From assembly GCF_004010195.1 (NCBI RefSeq), contig NC_057719.1:90200909-90244517 (forward strand): a DNA stretch of 43,609 bases. The letters run 5' to 3'. Below are positions 34,180-43,609 of this stretch, in pieces. Source of the DNA: Chiloscyllium plagiosum. Taxonomy: Eukaryota. The notes beneath the pieces were generated by a model. It did not search any database. It was not told where the DNA came from and was given only the letters and a program-made list of their open reading frames with translations. Position 1 is the stretch's first letter. Every line of letters starts with the position of its first letter. A program made the translations under genes and the position numbers.

Positions 34180-35090
34180 AATTCCCAAGTGAACTATAAA
34201 AGGACATGGACAACATGGAGCGGGCAGATAGGTGCAGCTTTGGGTGGAAGTACATTAAAAAGACAGGATAAAATAGGGGGTACAATTCAAAAGGGGGTGC
34301 AGATAGAGAGGGACCTGTGTACAGATTTGATAGCAGGGCAGATGGAGACAGCAGTTTTTCTCAGCAGTGTTTCTCAGCTTTATCCATAGGCAATGTCATC
34401 AGTCTTCGCCTGACCAAGCAGCGTCGCTCCGAAAGCTCATGATTTCAAATAAACCTGTTGGACTATAACCTGGTGTCACATGACTTCTGACTTTCCCCAC
34501 TCCAGTCCGCATCTAGCATCTCCACATCATCTTTATTAACAGAGACATTAACAACAGCAAGAAGGTGATGCTGAATTTGTACAAGCCACTTGTTAGATCT
34601 CAGCTAGGGGTACTGTATACAGATGTGGGTGCCTTGTTATAGGAAACATTAGAAAGAGTGCAGATGTGAGTTACAAGAATGGTTCCAGGGATGAGAAACT
34701 TCAGTGATGATAGATTGAAGAAGTTGTGCCTGTTCTCCCTGGAGAGAAGGCGGCTGAGGGGAGATCTCATAGAGGTTTTCAAAACCATAAGCGGGCTGGA
34801 CAGAGTAGATAGGGAGAAAGTTTCCAATGTAGAAAAGGAACAAGAACAAGATGGCACAGATTTAAAGTGGTGTACAAAAGAAGCAGGGGCAATGTGAGAA
34901 ATACGGAGTTAGGGTGTGGAGTGCACTGCCTGAAATATTTGGTGGAGGCAGGTTCAATTGAGGCATTAAAAAGGGGCGTTGGATGATTATTTGGATAGAA
35001 ATTATGTGCAGGGTTATGGGGGAAGGGCAGATTGGCACCATCATGGGCCCCACCAGGAACCGTGATGGGCCAAATGGCCTCCTGCCTCAT
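34180..35090 (+). mobile_element. CR1 LINE 3' fragment interrupted by a short Penelope-like insert (~34410-34530)
   Basis: MVPGMRNFS...RLKKL.LFSLERRRLRGDLIEVFK; the insert carries GCTCCGAAAGCT...AATAAACCTGTTGGACTATAACCTGGTGT. Confidence 0.8.
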
Positions 35091-37116
35091 AGTAATTCTG
35101 ATTTCTTTGAAGATCCCAGGATGGAGATCTTTGAGCCCGGGTATGTAAGGAGAACATGTGAACCCCAAGTCCCATTAGTTTTTTCTTAAATGAGAGTGTA
35201 GTATTACATTTGGTTTCTTCATTGCCTCCTGTTCTTTGTTGCAATGTTGTGCCTTCTACTGTGAAGACAGATACATTACAAATATTTGTTCAAGACCTTT
35301 GCTAATCCTTACTGTTTATATACTTATAGAAGCTTTTACTGTCTGTTTTTTATATTTCTTATTAGTTTACTCGTATTCTAATTTTCTTCCACCATTTTAA
35401 GCCATTCTTTGCCAGTTTCTAAAACGTTTTCAATATTCTGGTCTACCAAAAGTCTTTGTATCTTTTTCTTTCAATCTGATATCATCCTTAACACCTCCTT
35501 CTTCAGCTATGAGTGTCTGCAACATTAATCTATTTCTCAGTCTATTATAACCAGCTCTGCCTTAACTTCTTTATAAATGTCTTTATTTAAATTTAAAATA
35601 GTAGAGTCAGACCTAGATTTTTTTAAAATCTCCAAGGTGAAAGTCTATCAATGTTATGATCACTTTTTCCTGGAGAGACCTTTACTAACAAAGCATTAAA
35701 TAATCTGTTTTGATACACATTGCCAGGTCTGAGCGAAGATTTGGCTCGCAACAAGTAGCTGATTGGGCTGTGAAATGGTGACAATGACAAAGGCCCCCTT
35801 GCCTGTCAACAACTTTAAGAGTGACTCCTAAGTAACTGAACAGATTGGGGATGTGAACGTTTGGGGCAGAAGTCAACAGACGTTTCAGTAAGAAGCATCT
35901 CAAGCTTGAAGACAACCAGTTTACTTCCCCTCATCAATTGCTGTAAGCTGTGAGTTTCTTTCAATTCATAAATCAAAGACTTTTGTAAGTGTGAACCAGT
36001 CACCTTGCGTGTTCTGCAAACGTGCAGAAGGAAGACTGAGAACAGCAAAAGGATCATCTCAGCAAACCCTGTGAACAAGGGTCAGTGACCTGCCTTCCCA
36101 GTCTCCCCCTCCACCATGAGATCTATGCATTTTCGGTCTATCTGTGTGCAGTATCTCGGTCTATCTGACCGGAGGGAAGACTTTACAAGTGGATTCTAGT
36201 TTTAACAAGTAGAATTACATGTCAATACTTCATAATTGTTTACCTGGAGTGAGAATCGATTTATTTGTAATAGTCATTCTTGTTTAGCTTGGAATTCGGT
36301 CCATGTTTTCTGTCAACCTCAGAGGTAGAAATTAGGGAATATTGTGTACCTTCCAAAATCTTTAACTTTGGCGATAACTCAGGGAATAGTAGGGGCTTGA
36401 TTTCCGTGCACGTGCCCAGTGAGGGGTGACAGTCCTGCACCAGTGCCTTTGTCTTTCTCAGTTGGGTTTCTAAATCTGTGCTCAGTGTCACTCCCTCCCT
36501 TTCCCCCATCACCCTATTATGTTTCCAGCCCTCTATGGACAGAGCCCTCTGTTTGGACTCTCTGTAGGACAGCAATTCACGTGAAGACTGTTCCTTTCCC
36601 CCCTGTGATGTCAAAACTCAGCCTTCCCACACTGATCATGGACATTTAACAATTTCATTTCATTTAACCTACACAAAAATAGCTTTTGACTCAAATAATA
36701 ATCCCGAGATTATTTCCTTTGTGGTTCTTTATCTTCGGATTTAGCCCATAGCTGCTTGTAATTCCTCAGAAAAAGCTCCTTCCTTGCTCGCCCTTTAATG
36801 GTCCCCACATGAAAACTAGACCTTTACGTTCCACACCAAGTCCCTCTCCAGCCCTGAGGAGATACTCTCAACCCTGGAACCAGGAATGAAACAGCTTTTT
36901 GAGGCTCTCACTGTTGCCTCCAGAGAACAGGACCATTCCCCTTACTATACCATACTCAGTACAACATCATTCCTTCTTCCCGCCTCTCACTTGAAAGGCT
37001 TCCTGCAGTGTATGCTGTGGTCAATTTGCTCATCGTTCCTACAGTCCTTGGTCCTGTGTACACAGGTTGCCAGAACTTCAATGAACATAAGAGCTGAGGC
37101 TGTTCCATTAGTACCG

Positions 37117-37312
37117 GGAGAAAGTGAGGACCGCAGATACTGGAGATCAGAGTCAAGAGTGCGGTGCTGGAAAAGCACAGCCGGTCAGGCAGCATCCGAC
37201 GAGAAGGAAAATCAAAATTTCAGGCATGAGTCCTTCATCAGGAATGCCCGAAACGTCGATTCTCCCTCTCCTCGGATGCTGTGCTTTTCCAGCACCACCC
37301 TCTCGACTCTGT
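37117..37312. mobile_element. Palindromic Penelope-like element (same family as 27822 and 41611)
   Basis: GGAGAAAGTGAGGAC.GCAGAT.CTGGAGATCAGAG start; GGTGCTGGAAAAGCACAGC / GCTGTGCTTTTCCAGCACC arms. Confidence 0.7.
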
Positions 37313-37519
37313 TCCAGTAGTACCTTCTGGATCCCCAAACCTGCCTCCCTCGGTAGTCACACGCCTCCCATCTCTGACCAAATCTGAGGGAGCTGTGGCT
37401 GGCTCCTGCTTCTTTTGGTAATTATTTTGATTGTCAGTCCGCTGGTTACTGACCCGTCAGTCACCATTCATGTGGCTGTTTAAAATCACAGGAAGAAAGC
37501 ACTGCAGCAATTCTCACCT

Positions 37520-37712
37520 TGTGGAGGAGGAAGTGGTGGAGGCTGGTACAATTGCAACATTTAGAAGGCATCTGGATGGGTATATGAATAGGAAGGGTTT
37601 GGAGGGATATGGGCCGGGTGCTGGCAAGTGGGACTAGATTGGGTTGGGATATCTGGTCAGCAGAGTTGGACCGAAGGGTCTGTTTCCATGCTGTATGTCT
37701 CTATGACTCGAT
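37520..37712 (+). mobile_element. CR1/HER1 LINE 3' end
   Basis: EEVVEAGTIATFRRHLDGYMNRKGLEGYG and a tail homologous to the HE1 SINE tail (GGACCGAAGGGTCTGTTTCC). Confidence 0.88.
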
Positions 37713-37737
37713 GTGGTGGTGGTAACAAAGGCAGTAC

Positions 37738-38050
37738 CTGTAAATGGGACGCTCTGGCTGCAGTTGGACTGAGCCTCTATTTGGAGCCCTTGTAGGAAGC
37801 AGGGAGGATTCAGACTGTCGTCCTGGGTGCGGGGACCACCAGGGAGTCCTTTCATCAGGCCTGTTCATGCCACCCGACCGCCTACAACGACGCTCACACT
37901 CCTCCTCCGTCTCAAAGTTGTTCAGGTTGCCATGGCAGCCCCCATACCAGAAGCGGTTACAGAGGCCTGCCTCTGGGATGAAGAACCATCGGACTGCCCA
38001 GTCAGAGCAGGGCCCCTCGGCGCTCAGCAGCAAGCATGGAGCTGGATAAA
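37738..38050 (-). CDS. PAPLN: Papilin exon, Kunitz/BPTI domain plus linker ([55 protein letters not shown]...PIYR)
   Basis: tttgcag acceptor, AG|gtactg donor, phase 1 to 2; six Kunitz cysteines and papilin-like [15 protein letters not shown]. Confidence 0.96.
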
Positions 38051-38234
38051 CTGCAAATCACAGCAAACATTAAAAATATCCTCAAGGAGGCCGGGGAAAT
38101 ACACTACAGGAAATCGGAGCAGCAGCAGGCCATTCGGCCCCTCCAACCCATTCCACCAACTCAATATAATCATGGCTGACAGCATAACAGGCCAGAGAGG
38201 ATATGAACATAATTTTGAGGAAATATATTAGCTC

Positions 38235-41200
38235 AGACAATGCAGAATCTGTGTGGGTAGAATTGAGAAGTGCCAATGGGCAAAAGAAACTGTGGGGTGG
38301 TATGTAGATCACTAAATTGTCGTGATAATGTTGGGAATGGCATCAAAACTGGAAATCAGACATGTGCGGTAAAGGAACTATGTAATTGTGGGTGAATATT
38401 GATCGGGCAAATCAAAGTATTCACAACTCCATAAAGGAGGAATGCCTAGAATGTATATGGAATGGTATTCTGGACCAATACGTTGAGGAACCAACTAGAG
38501 AACAGGCCAGGCCATCTTAAATGGGGTGAGATTAGCAATGAGAACGGAAATGATAATATAAGAGACACCTTGGGGATGAGTAATCATAATATGGTTAAGT
38601 GTGAGGTCTTGCATTTTGGAAAGTCAAATCATGTTTAATAGTGGAGCCTTAAGGAGTGTAGTGGAACAGAGGGATCTTGGAGTTCAGGTGCACAGCTCTC
38701 TGAAAGTGGAGTCCCAGGTAGACAGGGCAGTGAAGGAGGCTTTTGGCTCACTGGCCTTCATCAGTCAGGGCATTGAGTAGAGAAGTTGGGAAGTTATGTT
38801 GCAGTTGTACAGGACGTTGGTGAGACCACACTCGGAGTATTGTGTTCAGTTTTGGTTACCTTGCTTTAGGAAGGATGTTATGAAACTGGAAAGAGTGCAG
38901 AAGAAATTTACAAGGACGTTGTCTAGACTCATGGTCTGAGTTATCGGGAGCGGTTGGACAAACTAGGACATTTTTCTTTAGAGCATAGGAGACTGAGGGG
39001 GAAATCTGATAGAAGTGTATAAGATCATGAGAGGCATGGATAGGGTGAATGCATTCAGTCTTTACCCTAGGGTTGAGGGATTGAGGACTAGAGGGCGTCA
39101 GTTTAAGGTCAGAGGGGAAAGAATAAAAGGGATCCTCAGGGGCACATTTTTACACAGAAGGATGTACGCATATAGAATGAGCTGCCAGTGGAAGTGGTTG
39201 GGGTAGGTACATTAACAACATTTAAAAGGCATTGGGACAAATACATGGATAGGAAAGGATTAGAAAGATATGGGCCAAGTGCAGGGAAATGGGGTTAGCA
39301 TGGATGGGCATATTGTTCAGCACAGACCAGTTTGGGCCAAAGGGCCTGTCTCCGTGCTGTAGGACCCTATGACTCGATGATAGGGTTCTCCATTAGTATG
39401 GAGAGTGAGGTAGTTGGTTCTGAGGCTAGGATCCTGAATTTTAATAAGGGAAATGACAATGATATAAGGCATGTGTTGGCTATGAAAGATTGGGAAATGT
39501 TATTGAAAGCAATGACATATAGGCAATAGCAAAAATTCAAAGAGTGAGTGGGGTGAGGTCCAAAAATTGTTTATTCCTGTCTGATGCAAAAGTGCAAAGA
39601 GAACAGTGGCCAAAACATGGCTTATAAGGGGGGGTTCAAGGACATAGGAATTAACTATAAAAGTTCTACAGACATGTGAATGGAAAAGATTGGTGAGAAG
39701 TAAGGTAGGTCTCTTACAGTCAGAAACAGAAACAGGAGGCTAACAAACTAAATTCATTATTTGCTTCTGTCTTCATGATTAAGAACACAAATAACATACC
39801 AGAATGATAGGATTTAGTGAGAGAGAGGAACTGAAGCAAATCTGTATTAGTAGGGAAATGGTGTTGGGAGAAATTGGGGAGATTGAAAGCTGATCAATCT
39901 CCAGGGCCTGATAATCGATATTCTAGAGTACTTAAGGAAGTAACCCGAGAAACAGTGGATGGTGGTCATCTTCCAAAATTCATTAGATTCTGGAACACTT
40001 TCTACAGGTTGGAGGGCAGCGAATGTAACTCCACTGTTTAAAAAGGGAGGTAGAGGGGAAACAGGGCATGATAGCCTGACATCCATTATCAAGGATTTTA
40101 TAACAGACACTTGGAAAGTAGTGATGGAATCAGACACAGTCAGGATTTGCAAACGGGAAATCATGCTTGAAAAAAACTGCTGGAATTCTTTGAGGATATA
40201 ACTTGTAGAGTCGATCAGGGAAGCGAGCGGATGTGAATTATTTCGACTTTCCGAAGGCTTTTGACCAAGTCCCACATAAGAGAGAAAAATGTAAAATTAA
40301 AGCACATGGGATTGGCGGTAGTGTATTGCGATGGAGAAAACATTGGTTAGCAGAATGGAAACTGAATAGCAGGCAGTGACTAGTGGGGTACAAGCAGGGA
40401 TCTACACCAGGGACCCCAGCTATCATGCATGTTCATGACTTAGATGAGGGAACAAAATGTAATATCGCAAAATTTGCAGCTGATACAAAACTGGCTGAAA
40501 GGGCAAGCTGTCAGGAGGATGCAGAGATGTCATAGTGGGATTTGGACAAGCTGACTGAGAGGGCAACTGCATGGCAGTAAAATGGGGATAAGTGTGGAGT
40601 TATCAACTTTGGTAGCAAAATTAGGAAGGCAGATTATTATTGAGACAGGGAGTATTCTGTCAGACCTGGGTGTCCTCGTGCACCAGTTTCTGAAAGTACA
40701 TGTGTAAGGTGTAGCAGGCTGTTAAAGAAGGCAAACTATACGTTGGCCTTCATAATGAGAGGACTCGAGTACAGGAACAAGATTGTCTTGTGCAATTAAT
40801 TATACAGGGTTTTGGTGAGCCAACGTGTGCAGCAGCAATTTGAGGAACCATGCTCTTGCGATAGAGGGACTGCAGCCAATGTTTACCACATTGATCCCTG
40901 GCATGGCAGGGATATAAGGAGAGTTTAAGTCGGTTAGGATTATATTCATTGGAATTTCGAAGAATAAAGGAGATCTCATAAAAACCTAGAATGTTCCTGA
41001 TGGTGAGGGAATCCAAACTTAGAGTTATAAAGATAGGTTTTAAAGTTTGAGATGAGAAATTTCTTCACCCGAGAGTGGTAAGCCTGTGGAATGTATTACC
41101 ACAGAAAGTGGTTGGGGCTAAAACACTGTATTTTCAAGGAGATGGTAGATGTAGCTCTTGTGGTTAAAGGGATTAAGGATTTGGGGATCAATGGGATTAG

Positions 41201-41290
41201 GGTATTGAGTGCAATGATCAGCCATGATCATACTGAACAGCAGATTAGGCCAAACGGTCTACTCCTGCTCCTATCTACGGTTCTACGTTA
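38235..41290 (+). mobile_element. Old CR1 LINE (endonuclease to 3' UTR), heavily mutated
   Basis: ESVWVEL, DQYVEEPTREQA, IFQNSLDSG...WRAANVTPLFKKG, DFxKAFD and FAADTK remnants. Confidence 0.88.
38593..39378 (+). mobile_element. Younger CR1 3' fragment nested in the older CR1
   Basis: Abrupt switch to KCEVLHFG...LYRTLVRPHSEYCVQFW...3' tail CTATGACTCGATG, after which the older element resumes. Confidence 0.8.
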
Positions 41291-41347
41291 TGGCCTGTGA
41301 CCCAAGCCACCACTCGTTATACACTCCCAGAATGCGATGGTACTCAC

Positions 41348-41471
41348 GGTGTCTGGGACCACTCCTACAACCTTCTCCACTCGGGCCTAAGGCAGGGGTC
41401 AATTCATCGTGACAACAACCAAACATGGAGCTCCGACATTCACCCGATGGATTGTCTCGAACCTGTGACTC
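41348..41471 (-). CDS. PAPLN: Papilin exon, Cys-rich repeat (ESQVRDNPSGECRSSMFGCCHDELTPALGPSGEGCRSGPRH)
   Basis: cttcacgcag acceptor (alternative in-frame acceptor 9 nt further in), C|gtgagt donor, phase 0 to 1; ECR.S.FGCC.D....A.GP.GEGC motif. Confidence 0.94.
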
Positions 41472-41610
41472 CTGCGTGAAGTACAAAAACCTATTGCTGG
41501 ATTCACAATATCTCCCATGGAATTCTCTTCCCACAGTGCTGACTCTCCGTAAAAACCCACTTGTGTTGAACAGTCAGTTTCATACAGTAAGTATCCCAAG
41601 GCACTTTGAG

Positions 41611-41810
41611 ACTAAAGTGAGGTGTGTTCGTGCTGGACAGCAGAGTTGAGAGTGCAGTGCTGGAAAAGCACAGCAGGTCAGGCAGCATCCGAGGAGCAGG
41701 AAATTCGATGTTTCGGGCCCGATGAAGGGCTCTGAAGCGAAACGTCGATTCTCCTGCTCCTCGGATGCTGCCTGACCTGTTGTGCTTTTCCAGCACCACA
41801 CTCCTGACTG
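41611..41810. mobile_element. Palindromic Penelope-like element
   Basis: 44-bp arms 41657-41700 and 41753-41796 are complementary at 43 of 44 positions. Confidence 0.75.
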
Positions 41811-42830
41811 TAAAGTTAAAGCACCTGGGACTGGGGAGAGTGTACTGACACGGCAGACAGGAAACAGAGTAGGAGTAAATGGGCCTTTTCTTTCCAAGTA
41901 CCACAGGGAGGGGGTACCACAGGGATGAAAATGCTTGGACCCTGGCTAACCACAATGTATAGTAATGATTTAGAGAAGGGAACTAAATATAATAGCACCA
42001 GAATGCACAAAGTTGGGTGGCAAGGCGAACAGTGCAGAGACACACAGGATTTAGTTCTCAGGGCTAAAGGAATCAAAGGTTTGGGGAGGAAGTGGGAACA
42101 GGGGAGAAAGTTGGATGATCAGCTGTGATCTTATTGAATGGCAGGGCCGGATTGAAGGGCCTAATCCTGCCCCTTTATTTTCTACGTTGCTAAGTTTCAA
42201 TGAGTCCACTTGTGCATGGAGATGTTGAGAGAGGGCGGGAGGGAGGGAGAGAGGGACAGACGTGGGGGCGACGAGACCTTGGGAGGGAACTGCAAAGTTT
42301 GGGATGGGGTGCGGTTCCTGCTCAATGGGCTGAGATTTCACAGTGAGCCTCAGGGTGGGGGTGGGGGGAGGGGTGCAATCGTGCACAGTTCTGAGGCTGG
42401 CAGTGTGCAAGACCCCCTGCAGGCACAGCTTGCTGCGTGTTGCATCCACAGCACACCGAAGGTGCTACCGTTGACAAGTGGGTTCTGACCACTGCCCTCC
42501 CTAGCTGATGGCACACGCAGTGGGAATAAGATCCGGATAGCCCCCTGAGAGTGCAACACCCATCACCTAGTCTTGGGCATGGGCTGTGGCTATCTACAAG
42601 AGGGGCATCTGCAAGAGAGACGTGGAGAGTCAGTGTGAGGGGACTAGAGATTTAACCTTCAAAATGAACATGTGTCAGGACGAAAACAACTTCATAAATC
42701 TCCCCTTAGGTGTTATTGTCCAAACATTCCCACGCTTCTCATTTCACTGCCCGGTCAGTCCGGATCCTGTAACTTTTCACATGTGACTTGAAGGAAGCCC
42801 AATACAGGAAGACACACCTGACACACTTAC

Positions 42831-42936
42831 AAAAAGCTGCTGGTCATCGTTATTAGAACTGTCGGTCGGAAATGTCGAGCAACCAGCCTGGCCATACGCC
42901 CTCGCTGATGTCACTCCATCAGGGCAGCAGCCATAC
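42831..42936 (-). CDS. PAPLN: Papilin exon, Cys-rich repeat (YGCCPDGVTSARAYGQAGCSTFPTDSSNNDDQQLF)
   Basis: tctgctcag acceptor, TTT|gtaagt donor, phase 2 to 0; YGCCPD...GC repeat; absent from the ORF track. Confidence 0.93.
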
Positions 42937-43426
42937 CTGAGCAGATCAGGGGAGGGGATTGGAAAAAGAGGAAAAATGCCTTCAATTCAAAAACGAAAAC
43001 ATTCCATCGCTTCATACAGTGTTTCACAAATTACTTTCTCTGTGGAAAATTAGCCTATCACACATATTTGTGGCCCACCTTATTCCACAACCCGATGAAC
43101 CCATCTAACTGGCAGTTCCAATATGGCTGCCGGCTGCCTTTGTCACTCGGGGCAAAGTTCCGACAGATCAAAGGGGCTCAGCACTTATCACCAAATTCAT
43201 CCCTCACAGAGGATTCCAATTGGATGTCACATTCCCAAACCCGGATTGAAAATCCAACCTATGACTCCACACTTATTCCAAACACCAGCCACATTAAAGC
43301 AATGCAAGAAAGGGCACATCCAATTGCAGACGTTTGGAAGAGAAAGAAAACGAGGTATCAGTGACAAGTTTTTAAATTTGTGTCAACGTCATGTCTGTGA
43401 GATGCTGAAACACACTTTATCAGGAG

Positions 43427-43609
43427 ACCCTCGTCCGACTCTCCCCCAATACCACCCTCATCTAACTCTCCCCAAACACCACCCTCGTCCGACTTCCCCA
43501 ACACCACCCTCATCTAACTCTCCCCAAACACCATCCTCGTTCGACTCTCCCCGAACACCACCCTCGTCCGACTCTCCCCCCAACACCACCCTATTCCGAC
43601 TCTCCCCCG
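43427..43609. repeat. ~27-bp minisatellite (ACCCTCGTCCGACTCTCCCCCAACACC), runs off the window end
   Basis: About 7 copies, initially alternating with the variant ACCCTCATCTAACTCTCCCCAAACACC. Confidence 0.9.

Noticed and set aside
42350..42545. Possible additional minus-strand papilin exon after ctctcag
   Set aside because: No papilin-like motif in the phase-0 frame, no convincing donor, and the flanking exons already join in phase.
29018..42936. A separate convergent gene such as WFIKKN, TFPI or hemicentin
   Set aside because: The order of YGCC/FGCC repeats, single Kunitz ([12 protein letters not shown]) and Ig matches the papilin C-terminal half and complements the + strand exons.

Overview
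This is vertebrate genomic DNA, most likely from a shark (inferred from HE1-type SINEs with CR1/HER1 LINE tails), not a prokaryotic window. It covers the internal part of one papilin gene (PAPLN, ADAMTS-like extracellular matrix protein) in repeat-rich introns. Eleven phase-compatible coding exons on the + strand (1132-26415) encode the ADAMTS Cys-rich module, the spacer and five TSP1 repeats. After an exactly 500-N gap (26553-27052), six more phase-compatible papilin exons lie on the - strand (42936 down to 29018) and encode two YGCC/FGCC Cys-rich repeats, a Kunitz domain and two Ig domains. The strand switch is most simply a mis-oriented contig. Other notable items are a duplicated 177-bp TSP1 exon, a 46-bp minisatellite full of consensus 5' splice sites right behind a weak donor, a solo LTR with a ~20x amplified CCAAT/E-box unit, and palindromic Penelope-like elements carrying minimal hammerhead-ribozyme-like motifs. 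Comparisons to human papilin are from memory, not from a search. I found no convincing novel biological system.
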